The position numbers and the translations under genes are program-made. Below, piece by piece: positions 1 to 11,673 of a DNA stretch of 64,000 nt. Below the pieces are notes generated by a model. That model ran no database searches and was not told the DNA's origin. It worked only from the letters and a program-made list of their open reading frames with translations. How positions within the stretch are numbered: position 1 is the first letter of the stretch; each line of letters starts with the position of its first letter. Origin of the DNA: Fistulifera solaris (lineage: Eukaryota); NCBI GenBank assembly GCA_030295235.1, contig AP026123.1, positions 496,001 to 560,000 of the forward strand, read 5' to 3'.

Positions 1-373
1 GATTGCAAAACGAAGTCTTGAGACGAGTTTCGACATCATTTAGAGCGAAAAACACAATGAAAAACGGTGAACAGTCAAATTAAGTGTATAATCAACTCCA
101 TTTATTTAGTGTTTGAGCAAGGTGAAACCAAATTAAACTACGGAGTATTATTTAAGCATCATTGTGATGATTAGTTGTCGTTGCTTCGTTCCTTTGGCAA
201 CTTAATCAAGACGCAAGCTTTATGCTTTGTTTAATACATTGTGCTCGCTCAAAGCATTCCACGCGTCGAAGCTATGAAGTATTTACCTTTAGCAACATTT
301 GCATTGCACATTTCCATTCTCACGGCCAAAAATACGGTGACGACCCATAATATTTCTGCTATAGTCAATATTT

Positions 374-645
374 ACTATACAGCCAAACAGTTGGTTTAAG
401 CAAACCACGACTGACTTTTAGTCACGATTTACTTTTTAGTTTGACTTCGTTCTCGTCGACTTGAATCCGTTGTGCTCAACTAACTAGCTCTTTTCACCTA
501 TTAAAATCACGAATCTACCTTTAACCAGCAAATTCATTTCACACTTCTTTTCTCCATGGCCAAAATGAGGAATCGATCATACCCTTCCTAAGTCACTATA
601 CAGTCAAAGTGTTGGTTTACGCTAACCGTGACTGTTTTTCAGTCA
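374..645. repeat. Two degenerate copies (period ~221 bp) of an intergenic motif related to the 61.8-63.8 kb satellite
   Basis: actatacagccaaacagttggtttaagcaaaccacgactgacttttagtca at 374 and actatacagtcaaagtgttggtttacgctaaccgtgactgtttttcagtca at 595. Confidence 0.55.
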
Positions 646-848
646 TGCGTCATGCAAAAAAAGGAAACAAAAGGCGCAAAAAGCAATGCTGACGATCGAT
701 CCTTTTATAACCTACATTTGCAACTAACCTACTTGCCCACTACTCATAAAACACTTCATAGTCGAGAGGTACATTCGTTTAGTTGCAGTTGAGCAATTGG
801 TAATCGCGTGTGAACAGGATTCAGCACAATAGAACCGCATCACCTCAA

Positions 849-2337
849 ATGCCTCGATCCACGGAATTGGTGTCGCCGTCCGCATCGCAACCCGCCGCCG
901 AAACGGTGACACCGAATCCTCACAAAGAAGATGAATGGTTGCTCATGTGTCGCTGTGAGTCAGCTCGAGCGGTCGTGACTTTATTGCAGTCGCTCGAATC
1001 GATTACCAAGACGCGCAAGGCCGTGCAGCCCGTCACCGTTTTTTGCAGTCCGAGTAATCTCACCTTTCACGTACAAGGAGCGACCAAACAGCTCCAGGCT
1101 TCCATCGACATGCAATCTACCATGTTTTCCGAGTATCGGGTTCAAGCGGATCATCGCGACGACGAAACGGAGGACTGGCAAGCGGGTGGGGAATTTTCGG
1201 TCAATTTGACTTCCATACTGGAATGCTTGCAGCTTTTAGGAAACAACCCCGGAATTCAATTGACTTTTTCGTATAACTTGACGCATGAGGTGCTGAAAAT
1301 TGAGTTGCTGCAGGATACGGTTTTGTGCACGGCGGCTATCCCGGGAATGGATTTACCGGCCGATCACACAAATCCGTCTTTGGTCAAAGCGTTTGGCGAT
1401 TCTCCTATCGCGGCACGAATCATCATGATGTCGAATACATTGCAGCATATTACAACCGAGTTGCAACTTGTTTCGGGTGCCACTGTGGCCACGGTTTCCT
1501 TGACAGAGAAAGAAGGGTGGGTAGTGGCCGTAGTCGGACATTTAGGCGAATGTCTCTTATCCATCCCCGCGCACGGGAGTCATGTGATTAATCTCGAGAT
1601 CAATGACCCACAACATTCGTGCTACTCGTACCCGCTATCGTCGCTTCTGGCTAGTCTGAAAGGATTGGATATTGCACAAGAAACTTGTATCACAATCAAT
1701 TCTATTGGGATGATGGCTATACAGCATCAAATTCTCGACCCTTCGGTGGGCGGCGAGAGTCCGAGTTTCATTGACTTTATTCTTTGCAGCTTGAGGGATG
1801 ACGACGAAAATGATGACGAAGAATCTCGTCGGTCCTTATTCTCCCGTCCTTTGAGCCAAGGATCGCCCACGCAACACAGTCAGCGTTTAGTTGATCTTCA
1901 CGATGACGAGTACACCGAGCGATCTCGAGCTTCCCAGAGTAGACGGAGCACGACCGATAGGCGTCTTTCCATACAATTGACAAGTCAAGCCGCTGCTGTT
2001 GGCAGTCAATCGCCGTCATCTCAGGGGGAGTGCGAATGCTCCTTCCCCACAAAAGGAATGGTGGGATGAATCCGAGGACGATGATGGCGAAAACGGGAAA
2101 AGCAAGCATCAGAAACGAAGCCTATTCGGACGTCCCAAGCAACGTCCTCGACAGCTTAGTCCTCCATCGCGACGCAACCGATCATCTCCGAATCAGCTCG
2201 GGAGCGAAGCCCGGCACAGCGATAGTGATGACGAAGACGATATCGAGATGTTAGATATCACTGCCGCAGCATCGCCACAACCAGCCATTCGTGATGAGGA
2301 GTGTTCCTCGCCTGAACTACTATACGGAAAAAACTAG
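849..2337 (+). CDS. RAD1: Rad1/Rec1/Rad17-family 9-1-1 checkpoint clamp subunit with acidic/disordered C-terminal tail
   Basis: PCNA-like Rad1 pattern (LQASIDMQSTMFSEY, FSVNLTSILECLQLLG, TCITINSIGMMAIQHQI...SFIDFILC). ATG at 849. One frameshift at the G run near 2024-2028 joins ORF 810-2069 to ORF 1999-2337. Confidence 0.75.
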
Positions 2338-2918
2338 TAACTGAGAATCGTAGTGTAACTATGGGGCGTGGTTTCTCCTACTCAACTTGTATTTACTATC
2401 TATACGCTGTAGACAACCGCGCCCAAGCACTATAAGGCTTCTCCCATTGCAAAAACAGGTCGATAAAATCTTTGCCGACAATTCACTTCGTTCACGGCAG
2501 GGCTTGAAGAGTTACAATTGCCACCATGCACTGTTTCCTGAGTATGTGATTCTAATTGCAAATCCTTTGTGGCGATGTCAAGCTTTTAAGTTTCCTAATT
2601 CTTTAATGATTAAAAAAGCCATCGAATCCCCATCGGATGAAAATGCAAATGGATGGGTGATAAATTGTGCGAATCTGCGCTGTGCCTGCTGCTAAGCGTC
2701 ATGGTCGAGATGCTCAATAAGCTTTTCTTTCGGAGTCTCATACGACTGAGAAACGTCTTTGATTTGGTTTAGTCCGCCTCGTGCGTTCCGAAACATTGAG
2801 CCCTTCGTAAAACGGCGGCGATAGAAAATTGTGTCGTGACACATGAACAAGACGACGAAATTAGGATACGGCAAAAGCCTTGTTGTTGTATGCTGTTCGT
2901 TTCTTCTTATCGGGCTGG

Positions 2919-3850
2919 CTAAGCGAGTTCGATTATCAAGTTCCCTCTCGATGGCCCACCTTTGATCGGCATACCTAAATCTGGTACAATTATCTTGTTC
3001 TGTCCCTTCCGTCTCTGAATTTTTCTTGACCAAATTGAGCCGTCGAGCAGTGTGATTGTCAGGTGCGAGTCACTTTTTGGTACTTTGTGTCGATAGATCA
3101 AATCATCTCCTTTTCGAACAAATGTTGGATGTTTCTTTTCTTTCACAACAAAGCTAATTTCAGGAAAATGACCTTTGGCAGGAAACGTTATCTTTGTCCC
3201 TGCCTTCCACCCTGGCTTCAGTTGGATCTCATACACCCTAGCGCCGACTTCTGGAAATTCAACCTTCAGCTTCTTTTTTGCCCCGAAAAGAGTTCTTCTA
3301 GTGAACAATCTATCGACCGCTCGTAAGCCTGTCGCTTGAATCGCGTCCCTTTTGAACCTCGACCAGCGAACGTGGACTCGCGAAACATGGACCCTCCCAT
3401 CATTTGACGTAAAAGTTCATCGAGGAGAGGGTCGCCACTCATACTGTTCGCGGAGCCTCCGCCAAAAGTAAATGGCATGGAGTCGCCACCAAACGAAAAG
3501 AACTGTGAATTTCCACCCTGTCGGAAAGCGCTTCCAAAGTTCGGTCCAGTCTGTTGTGAAGGGTCGACAGCGGCCTCACCGAACTGATCGTACAATTTTC
3601 GTTTCTCCGGATCGGAAAGGGTCTCATAAGCCTTTGATATTTCTTTGAATTTCTCTTCATCGCCTCCTTTATCTGGATGATGTTTCAGCGCGGCCTTTCG
3701 ATAAGCTTTCTTTATTTCATCCGCTGTTGCACTCTCCGAAACACCAAGGACCTTGTAAGGGGTCGACGATGGCGTATAATGTCGTGCCGCATGGACTGAC
3801 GTCCACATTAATAACACACGCCAAAGTGAAAGGCGCTTGATTGCTCGCAT
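2919..3850 (-). CDS. DnaJ/Hsp40 class B chaperone with N-terminal signal-like peptide
   Basis: J-domain with HPD ([11 protein letters not shown]), G/F-rich linker, C-terminal CSLEELF..G.KKKLKV and [15 protein letters not shown]...RGNLII motifs. Frameshift near the C run at ~3281. Confidence 0.9.
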
Positions 3851-4104
3851 GGTGAAACTCCGTTTGTTGGTTTCTTATTGTTGAAACTTGTTCAGGATAA
3901 ATGGATGGAATGGAAAAGAGTTGCATGGGATTGACGAATGCGGCTAATCATCACGCTCGAATGATGCGCGCAAGCGCCTAAACGGGGCAAGGACGAAATT
4001 TTCCGCAAAATGGCCCTCACGTTTCGTACAAGATATTTTGAACTAGTGCAACAGTTTTGATATTTAGCTCTACCATACGCAGCGGTACCCAGCAGTTTTT
4101 ACTT

Positions 4105-6520
4105 TTATAGACGCGGCTCTTTTGGGGGGTGAAAGTGAAACTCTTCATTAGAAGCGCTGCTAGAGCTCTTTCGCTCTTCATAGCCTGTAACGACTCCTTT
4201 TCCGCTTGCGATACACTGAGCTCGGTAGTCTAGAACACCTGATTTCCAATTTCCTTCGTGAAGGTACCTCAAATAATTGTCCACGAGCTCCGAACCTGCC
4301 TTGATGTCATATAAGGTCTTGTCGCCTGCTGTTATAATCCTCATGTTGTTGCGGTCAATGAAGGGGTTGTAAACATGAGTTTCGGTGCCATAGTTTTCCA
4401 ACTCAGCTGGCATGCGCTCCAGGTGGGCAGTCATTTCGGTTGTAATCAATGGTTCCCCCTCACCCATCACGCCAGTTCCATTGCAACCGTGGTTGATGAA
4501 AGTCAGTATTCCCGTATCGACCAAATAGCCAGCTTTTCCAAAATATTCAAAGGCAAAGCCATAACCAAATAAGTATGTGTAGAAGAGACTCGAGTAGTGC
4601 AGAAACTCTGACGAGTCCAAATAATCGATCATATCATTCACTATGGACGTTGTGCTGGGATAAAATAGGATATCGTAGACTGATTCGTCCGCGGCGATGA
4701 AAGTTCCTTTTGGCACATCCGTTTGAAAGAAGATACCCCGTCCGGCCCCAGGTATTCGACTGATTCCGACAGCAAACGAAGAAATGGGAGCATTGGGAAC
4801 CTCGGGGTCAAATCCGTGTCCTTCGTCGCACATGAATGGCTTCTGCGGTTGGTTGCAGAAATCATCGTCCACCGAACGTGACGGAAGTTGATAGGCCATC
4901 ATAGTCGCTTCATCAAACCAGTACATGATTGGAACTTCATTCAATGTAGTCCTGATGAGATTCCTTTGCATTCTGACATGCAATTCAGCAGCGCTGGTAA
5001 ACCAAAGTGCCCTTGTTTCAATATTATTGAAACAAGCAATGAACGATAGACGATCTAAGTGAATAAATTCCTCATAGCGATGAATGGCTTCGAAACCAAC
5101 ACCGGCTAAGATGTCAAAGATGGTGTGTGCGTTGCTACTTCCCAAATCATCATGAGGGACAACGAGAACCCCGTTTGCCGACAACATATCCGATATACTG
5201 TCAAATATGCTTTCGGTATCTTCTGGCAAGCTCCAGAGAGAGTTACTAGAAAGAAACGGATTGGCAGATAAGTTACATGATAGAAGTGCAGTGAAAAAGC
5301 TTACAACATGACACAAAAATCATTTCTGCAATCCTCACCTTTTCTCGAAAATAATGACGTCAAAGAGATCGTCCGGAGTTGTGTCGCTATCGTCATCATC
5401 GTCGCCTAATAGCCATTCCAAAGCTGTCTCATCTGAAATCAATTCGACTCGTGCATCATCGTAGCAATACGGGGCGACACCTTCCAAAGTACTGCAGTCG
5501 CTATGCTGAGTATAGAGCTTCTTGTTCACCTGAAGGGTCTCGTCATCAGTTCCGACAATGACGACCTTTTCCACCGTCTTATGCTTCAGGACTTCGCGTA
5601 ATGTGGCTCCAGTCCCCTTTCCGATGATCGCGACACTTTTAGGAGCATCGTGGGAGAACATTATGGGGTGAACGAGCGCTTCGAAGTAAATTTGATCGTA
5701 GTTCTGTTGTCGAACATCGTCCTTGACCACTGATCGAGAAGCTGACGCCGGTTTAAAGTGGACACCGTCAGTGTCGGATGAAACCTCAACGCTGCCAATA
5801 CTGTTGGTGTCACCTGACATCGATGAACTCGATGGCGAGTACGCCATCCAGGTGAGTTTGCTTGTGTTTCTTTGTTTGAGTGACCAGAGCAACGAAGGCT
5901 TATTCGAGGTCATTGAAGCACCAAACACCTCGCTTGCTAGCGGCACAATCGAGCTCCATGGATCACTACGGTTGCACAAAACGTTCATTGACAAAACTCC
6001 CAATTTTGGCCATGTATACAAGGATATGGTTTCCGATCCAGCATATCCCATGCATCTCACGCCTTCATTATATATAGCTCGGTGACATTCGTACATGAAT
6101 GCGTCGAAGATTCCCAACTTTTGACGAACGTTAAGAACCCAGACTCAACAGCTTTCTCGGAATCAAGAAAGACAGTATCAAGATCTTGCAAATCAACCAG
6201 AACTTGTTGCGACCCTGAAGCAAGTTGTTTTGCATTCTTCGTAGAAATTTTCTTCTTTATGTCTTCACTCGAATTTTTTCGACCGCATCACCATCGTCGA
6301 GTTCGCTTAAATAGGTATTCCACTTGATGATCCGAAGATCAGAGTTAGAGGAATCGGAGAACTTTGAGGGAATGAAGTAAGTCTTGAAAGCTTCACGGAC
6401 TGCAATCGGCAAATGCTCGTGATAAGTGGACACCAAAGACGTCGAAAAGTACCCCACCGTGAAAGTAAGCAGGCACGGGCCTAATGCCGAAGCAATGAGA
6501 AGGTATAAAGAAAGGTTCAT
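4105..6520 (-). CDS. Membrane-anchored AdoMetDC-like / aminopropyltransferase-like / SET-domain fusion of the diatom long-chain polyamine family; SET intact, other domains degenerate
   Basis: N-terminal hydrophobic helix; QQVLVDLQDLDTVFLDSE...ISLYTWP (AdoMetDC-like); YFEALVHP...IIGKGTGATLREVLKH (spermidine-synthase-like); SET motifs GAGRGIF, FINHGCNG, IKAGSELVDNY. Frameshifts at ~6275 and ~6120; GT-AG intron ~5246-5338. Confidence 0.8.
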
Positions 6521-6955
6521 TTCACCACATTAACTCCTCACAACCGTTGTATCAGCGTTGAAAACTTACTTGCCTTTTTACGCAGGTTCTCATTTCGCGA
6601 AAGGCTTGCGTCGTAATTTCTCACCTTCAAACCTCCACAATCCACAATCATCCGTTGCGTATCCGAAACACCGAACGGAAGCATAGAGAACAAAAGAACA
6701 AAAGGGAGCGGAGTACACTTTAGAAGAGTCTTAAAACTACTTAGGGTCAGAAATGTGTCGCAACACTCCACCATAGAGAATTATGTGTCACATTCTGTTA
6801 AATACGAAACGAGCAATAGTATAAAACGGCTTTCAACGGACATTTTTGAAATAATAATTGTCACGTTTGAGAGTCTCTCTAGAATATTCATTCGAAAGGA
6901 TGATGCAGGATGCATTAATAAAAATGATGATGATTCATTGTAATTGGAACTGGAA

Positions 6956-9292
6956 TTAGTCATCTTTATCTGAAGGCTCAAGATCATCGTATAAGCGAAC
7001 GGAGAGAAGTAGCGTTGCTCCGCTGGTAACGGCAAAGCAAACGAACGTTCGATTGAGCAGGTGTTCCACCCCTCCTTCCCAAAGAGAGATAACAAGACGT
7101 CGCCCACGGCCCTTCCCGCGGTTCCCGCTTCTGTAGCCAGTAAACCCACGTTAAAGATACCTTGGCTCCATCGTTTTGGAATTGTCTTTGACAGTAAACT
7201 CATGTTCGGACCTTCCAGTGCATTCGAACTTACGAACATGACAAACGTCCCGACAACATACTGCAAAACCGTGTACTGGGCTGAATACTTGATCACGCCA
7301 ACACAACCCAAGAACATGCAAAGCTGCATGAGTATAATTAGCTCTCGATCATCATATCGTCGCGCCAAAAGGGAAACTACCAAATTTGCTGGTAGCATTG
7401 ACAAGCCCAAAGAAGCAAGATAGACGCCGCTGATGCTGCTGTTCCAGTCAAAGTAATACTCCGTCAATGTCGCCGACGAACTCAAAACGGCTTCAAGAAC
7501 AAGTTTGAGAACAAAGTAAATCAAGAAGGTAGTCATGACGGGAATATTGTTCCATATTGGAGCTTCATCTTCGAAATTGGAAGCAACTCCTTTGGATTGG
7601 TCCCTCGACTGAATCAAAGGAGCCTCCTCGTTGTTCGTGCCGACATCCTTTTTGTGGTAGAAATGCTCCTCTTGGAAGGGTCTCGGAACCACACGATCAA
7701 GGCAATTAGATATACTCCCCACACAATCATCATGACCCAGCCTGGAGCATTTTCGACTTGCCAAAATCGACTATCAGAGTCGTCAGGGCTCACTGCATTC
7801 AAAATGGAGGCGATCAAAGGACCAGCAGCCATTCCTAGTGCTCCAGCTGTAACAAAGGCGGCCGATGCTGCGGTGCGTTCTTTTCGAGAGAAGCGGTCAG
7901 CAATATAGCGTCGGTTAATCGATCGGGCGCTTCCAAAACCATTCATCAGACGCCCAATCATCACGATGTGAATGGAGTCACAGGGCAATCCGGCAGCGTA
8001 AAAGATGTTACCGACGAAGCTGCACGAGCTAGCAAAGATCAAAGCATGTTTGTAGGAGTGATTAGTCCACCATGAGAACAAGATAGTCGAAACAAGGGCG
8101 GCGACTGGCGTCATGCCAATAATCAGTGAAGCCATGGAAGGATCTCCGCCCAACTTTCGCGCGTAGCTACCGGACGTGGGCGCCACAATGTAGTAATTGG
8201 TCATATACAAAAACGTAGATAGAAGATTGAGAAAGTCCGACACGGGCGTAGCTGTCAAGTCTTCGTCCTCTTCTTCTTGCTCTAATACTTGTGGGTATCC
8301 GTCCATCAGCAACGTATTTGCCAGCATACCAACAAAACTGCTTGATTCCTCTAGTCTATTTCGAGCTGCTTGAATACGAAGCAAGATAAGCTCGTTTGAT
8401 GTTCGCTTACGTACATGACTGGGATCCCACAGGAATGTGCGCTGCATTACACCTATCGAACTAGAACTCAGCGCAGTTCCGTGGGAGTCCGGTAATTTCG
8501 ACGAACACGCTGGCGTCCAGGAAAGGCGCGGAGCTTTTTTTGTTGGTGGGCGCGGAATACTATGCGAGTCCGAAACGATGTTAGCCAGTAACGTAGGATC
8601 GGAACTCAAGCGCTGGTGTTGAGGCACTTTACGAACTGTTTGCGGGACGCTCATCAATAGCATATCTGCTGTCTGTTGTCGATTCCATGCTAATTCGAGA
8701 AAGCCTCCCTCAAGGATTGTTGTCAAAGCACCCAAGGTATGATCTTGTACTAGCAGTGGCTCTACTAGACGACTTCCGCGTAATCGAACCCCGCCACTAC
8801 GATTCAGAAAAAATGCCTTCGACAGTTTGACGGACATGCATTTGTCGTGTTTCTTTAGGATCTTTCGAATTCCCGTCACATTCAAATCAAGAAATTGCAC
8901 CAGCCGCAATATTTTCTCTCCTGCCTGTTGATAGCCAGCATAAATTTCATTGAATTCGTCTTCCGTGGTCGCAGTATGTGCTCTGTGCCGGCATGTCAAC
9001 AACTCTGTCGCAATGCGGCCTTGTTCTTGTACAACAAAAGAAGCATTTTCTCTAGTTGAACGTGAAAGACGCTTAAGAATTCCGCTGTTACAGGATGATG
9101 CTTCATTGAGGATGTGAAAGGCAGGCTACTAGTCAGGGAATAGTCTGCATGTGAATCGCTTTCCGCGTGATGCGAGTAAAGAGAGTCGTCGCGGCTCGAT
9201 TTTTCGAGGACATCTTTCAATTGCTCGTAGTTCAAGTAATAAGAAACCCACGGGCCGTACTGCTGATCCAGCAGCTTCTTACCGAACTTCAT
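6956..9292 (-). CDS. SPX-MFS vacuolar phosphate transporter (VPT/PHT5-like)
   Basis: MKFGKKL...YLNYEQLK and LNVTGIRKILKKHDK (SPX), followed by MFS helices with YMTNYYIVAPT, GRLMNGFGSARSINRRYIAD. Frameshifts at ~9030, ~7690 and ~7070; correcting the last gives a C-terminus ...YDDLEPSDKDD* ending at 6956. Confidence 0.88.
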
Positions 9293-9658
9293 CGTCAGAT
9301 CACTTACAGGACTAACAAAGCAATGACTAATTTTATAATGAATCTTTATTATTCGAAGAAAAGATGCATTTCAGTACTTGTAAAAATGAAAAAAAGCAGA
9401 AAGCAAGCTTTTGGATAACCTTACGAATAAGGTTACAAAAAGTACCAGGTATACATAACCTTATTGCATTTCATTCAATATTACCGCAGCAACGCAACGG
9501 ACAACGGACAAACCTCCGCCGATGCAAACGTCACAAAGCGACGAAAAATAAATAATGACAACAATGGACAATGGACAATGGACAATGGTCACAGAATCGT
9601 TACAGCGCTCGTCGTCGTTTTGTCGGCACATAATATTACAATTTCCCTCAAGACTATC

Positions 9659-10375
9659 ATGATGCTATCGACTTCATCGGTTCTCGTTGTTTCGCTTCTC
9701 ATTGGGGCCGTGCAGTCCTTGACGCTTCCTTTCCCTGATCTTCGACCGACTGCTAACAAAGTCGGAACAACACTGAAGGAAACGAAGGTGCATCCCTTCC
9801 GAGTCAACGCGCGTAATTATGTCGCAGCAGCCGCTCTCTGCACGACTGTTCTAGCAGCACCGCTGGCCCCGGTGCAGGCGGCGGAATCGCAAGTGATTGG
9901 TCAGATCACGGGGTCCGGTCTTGTATTCAAAGACACGCTTCAAGTCGAATCCTTTGAAGATCCCAAAGTTCGTGGTGTCACACTTTATATCAGCAACTTT
10001 CAAAGACCCATCAATGAGCGTCTTTCGTCGGCCAAAAACTTCTTTTCGGATCCGTCGTCGGCGGCCGTAGCTTGTGCGCGGACCGGACAAACGGTGATTG
10101 TCGCGGATAACATCAATACAACTCCCGCCGGTGAAGAAGTATTCAAAGAGTCAAAAAGTCTTCTTTTCAAATCTTTGAAGGTACAAAGAATCTTCGACAT
10201 GGAACACAACACTGTCATTTACGTTTCATTCAATACACGAATCGACAAGAACGACGACGACAATAAATCGAGATTCCAAAACTCATTGTGTGCGGTAAAT
10301 CTGGATAATTACGGAGTGGAACCAACAATTGTGGGTTCAAAGGAAGCATCACTACCAGCTACACTTGTACCATAG
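9659..10375 (+). CDS. CreA-family protein with putative plastid/thylakoid-lumen targeting
   Basis: VESFEDPKVRGVTLYIS, DPSSAAVACARTG, EEVFKESKSLLFKSLKVQRIFD match the bacterial CreA pattern. N-terminal signal peptide (AVQS|L), then a second hydrophobic segment ending VQA|AES. Confidence 0.8.
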   Translation: MMLSTSSVLVVSLLIGAVQSLTLPFPDLRPTANKVGTTLKETKVHPFRVNARNYVAAAALCTTVLAAPLAPVQAAESQVIGQITGSGLVFKDTLQVESFEDPKVRGVTLYISNFQRPINERLSSAKNFFSDPSSAAVACARTGQTVIVADNINTTPAGEEVFKESKSLLFKSLKVQRIFDMEHNTVIYVSFNTRIDKNDDDNKSRFQNSLCAVNLDNYGVEPTIVGSKEASLPATLVP

Positions 10376-11673
10376 ATTCCAAGTCGCTTCCAAGGTCAAC
10401 AAAAGCTTTTACGAGTATACTGCAAATGAATTGGTATTATTCGCTCATTACTTTACATGCAGTACATTTTAGATTGAGTTGAATGTTATTCCGGAATAGG
10501 AAGTCGTTTAACGAGTTAGCAAAGAGAACTCATGACGATTTCGAAAGCCGAATTTTTGTTTAGTCTTTAGACTTATTGACAACGCCTAGATGCCTTTCAG
10601 TCCCGGAACTCATCAATCAGAAATGTTTTCTGATGTACTGCATTTTCAACCCACTTCCACTTGTCCACAAAGAAGATCGATCGAAGATTCTTTAAGAAAA
10701 AGTCTTCTGAGGTGAAAGGAAAGAAAGAGGAATGTCGCAATGTTTGGTAAGTGCGACAAACACGGGCACCCCGCGTCCGCGTGTGGGAAGGGTAAGTACG
10801 AAAAGAAGCTCCCCGCAAGGTCTAGAGACGCTGGAGGCGGCTATAGCTATTAGACTACAAGTACAAGGTCGATGTTTATTGCTCAACATAAGGACCACCG
10901 TATTTACTATAGTACAAAGTGTGTAGTCTATCCTATCCACGACTGCAATCCAGTCATGAACCAATTTTCTTTCGAGTTTAAAAACAAATACTGGTAAAGA
11001 ATAATCCGTTCCTTCACCAAATTTTCTCGTGTTCCATTTGTCCTTGATGCAATCCTAAGCAGCTTTTGCATTACAAGTCTTGATATTTGTACGTCGAAAA
11101 GCCTTGTGAACTGCGAAAACGTTGTTTGCCGTATTGTACTGTGGACTATGGAATATGGACCGAAGTGTGTTCCGTATTTCGTCACGACTGCACTTCAATC
11201 ATGAATCAATATTCCTTTGACGACAATGCTGCCTACAATTCGTTTAGCAAAGATTTCTTAAGCTTCATCTGCCGTTTCTGCCATGAAATAATGGTCTTTA
11301 GCAGCGTTGGCATTACACGTCATTGCAATATTTTTTCACGTCGAAGAGCCGTGCGAAAACGTCTATAACGTCGACGTTAGGTGTATAGTACAGTAGTAGC
11401 GATAGTTACTTGTCAAGACTTAGAGATGGGGGCAGTTTCGCGCCTGCTTTCAGTCCCTTTGTGATCGGTCACGCGTCACGCCACAACACATAACTTCATT
11501 TTTTCGATGTTTGAGCTTTGACTTTTGCATAATAATGAATGAGGCACGTGCGCCTATCAAAGTTATCACCTTCGTCGTTTTCGATCGTCGACGAGACAGC
11601 TTTACGACGATGGATACGAACTTAGAGCGCCTGCAAATGGCAATCGGCAAGATAACCGAAAGACTTTTGTGTC

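Noticed and set aside
9561..9590. (caatgga)n 7-bp microsatellite extending the CreA ORF upstream
   Set aside because: Lies 5' of the likely ATG at 9659; ordinary simple repeat.
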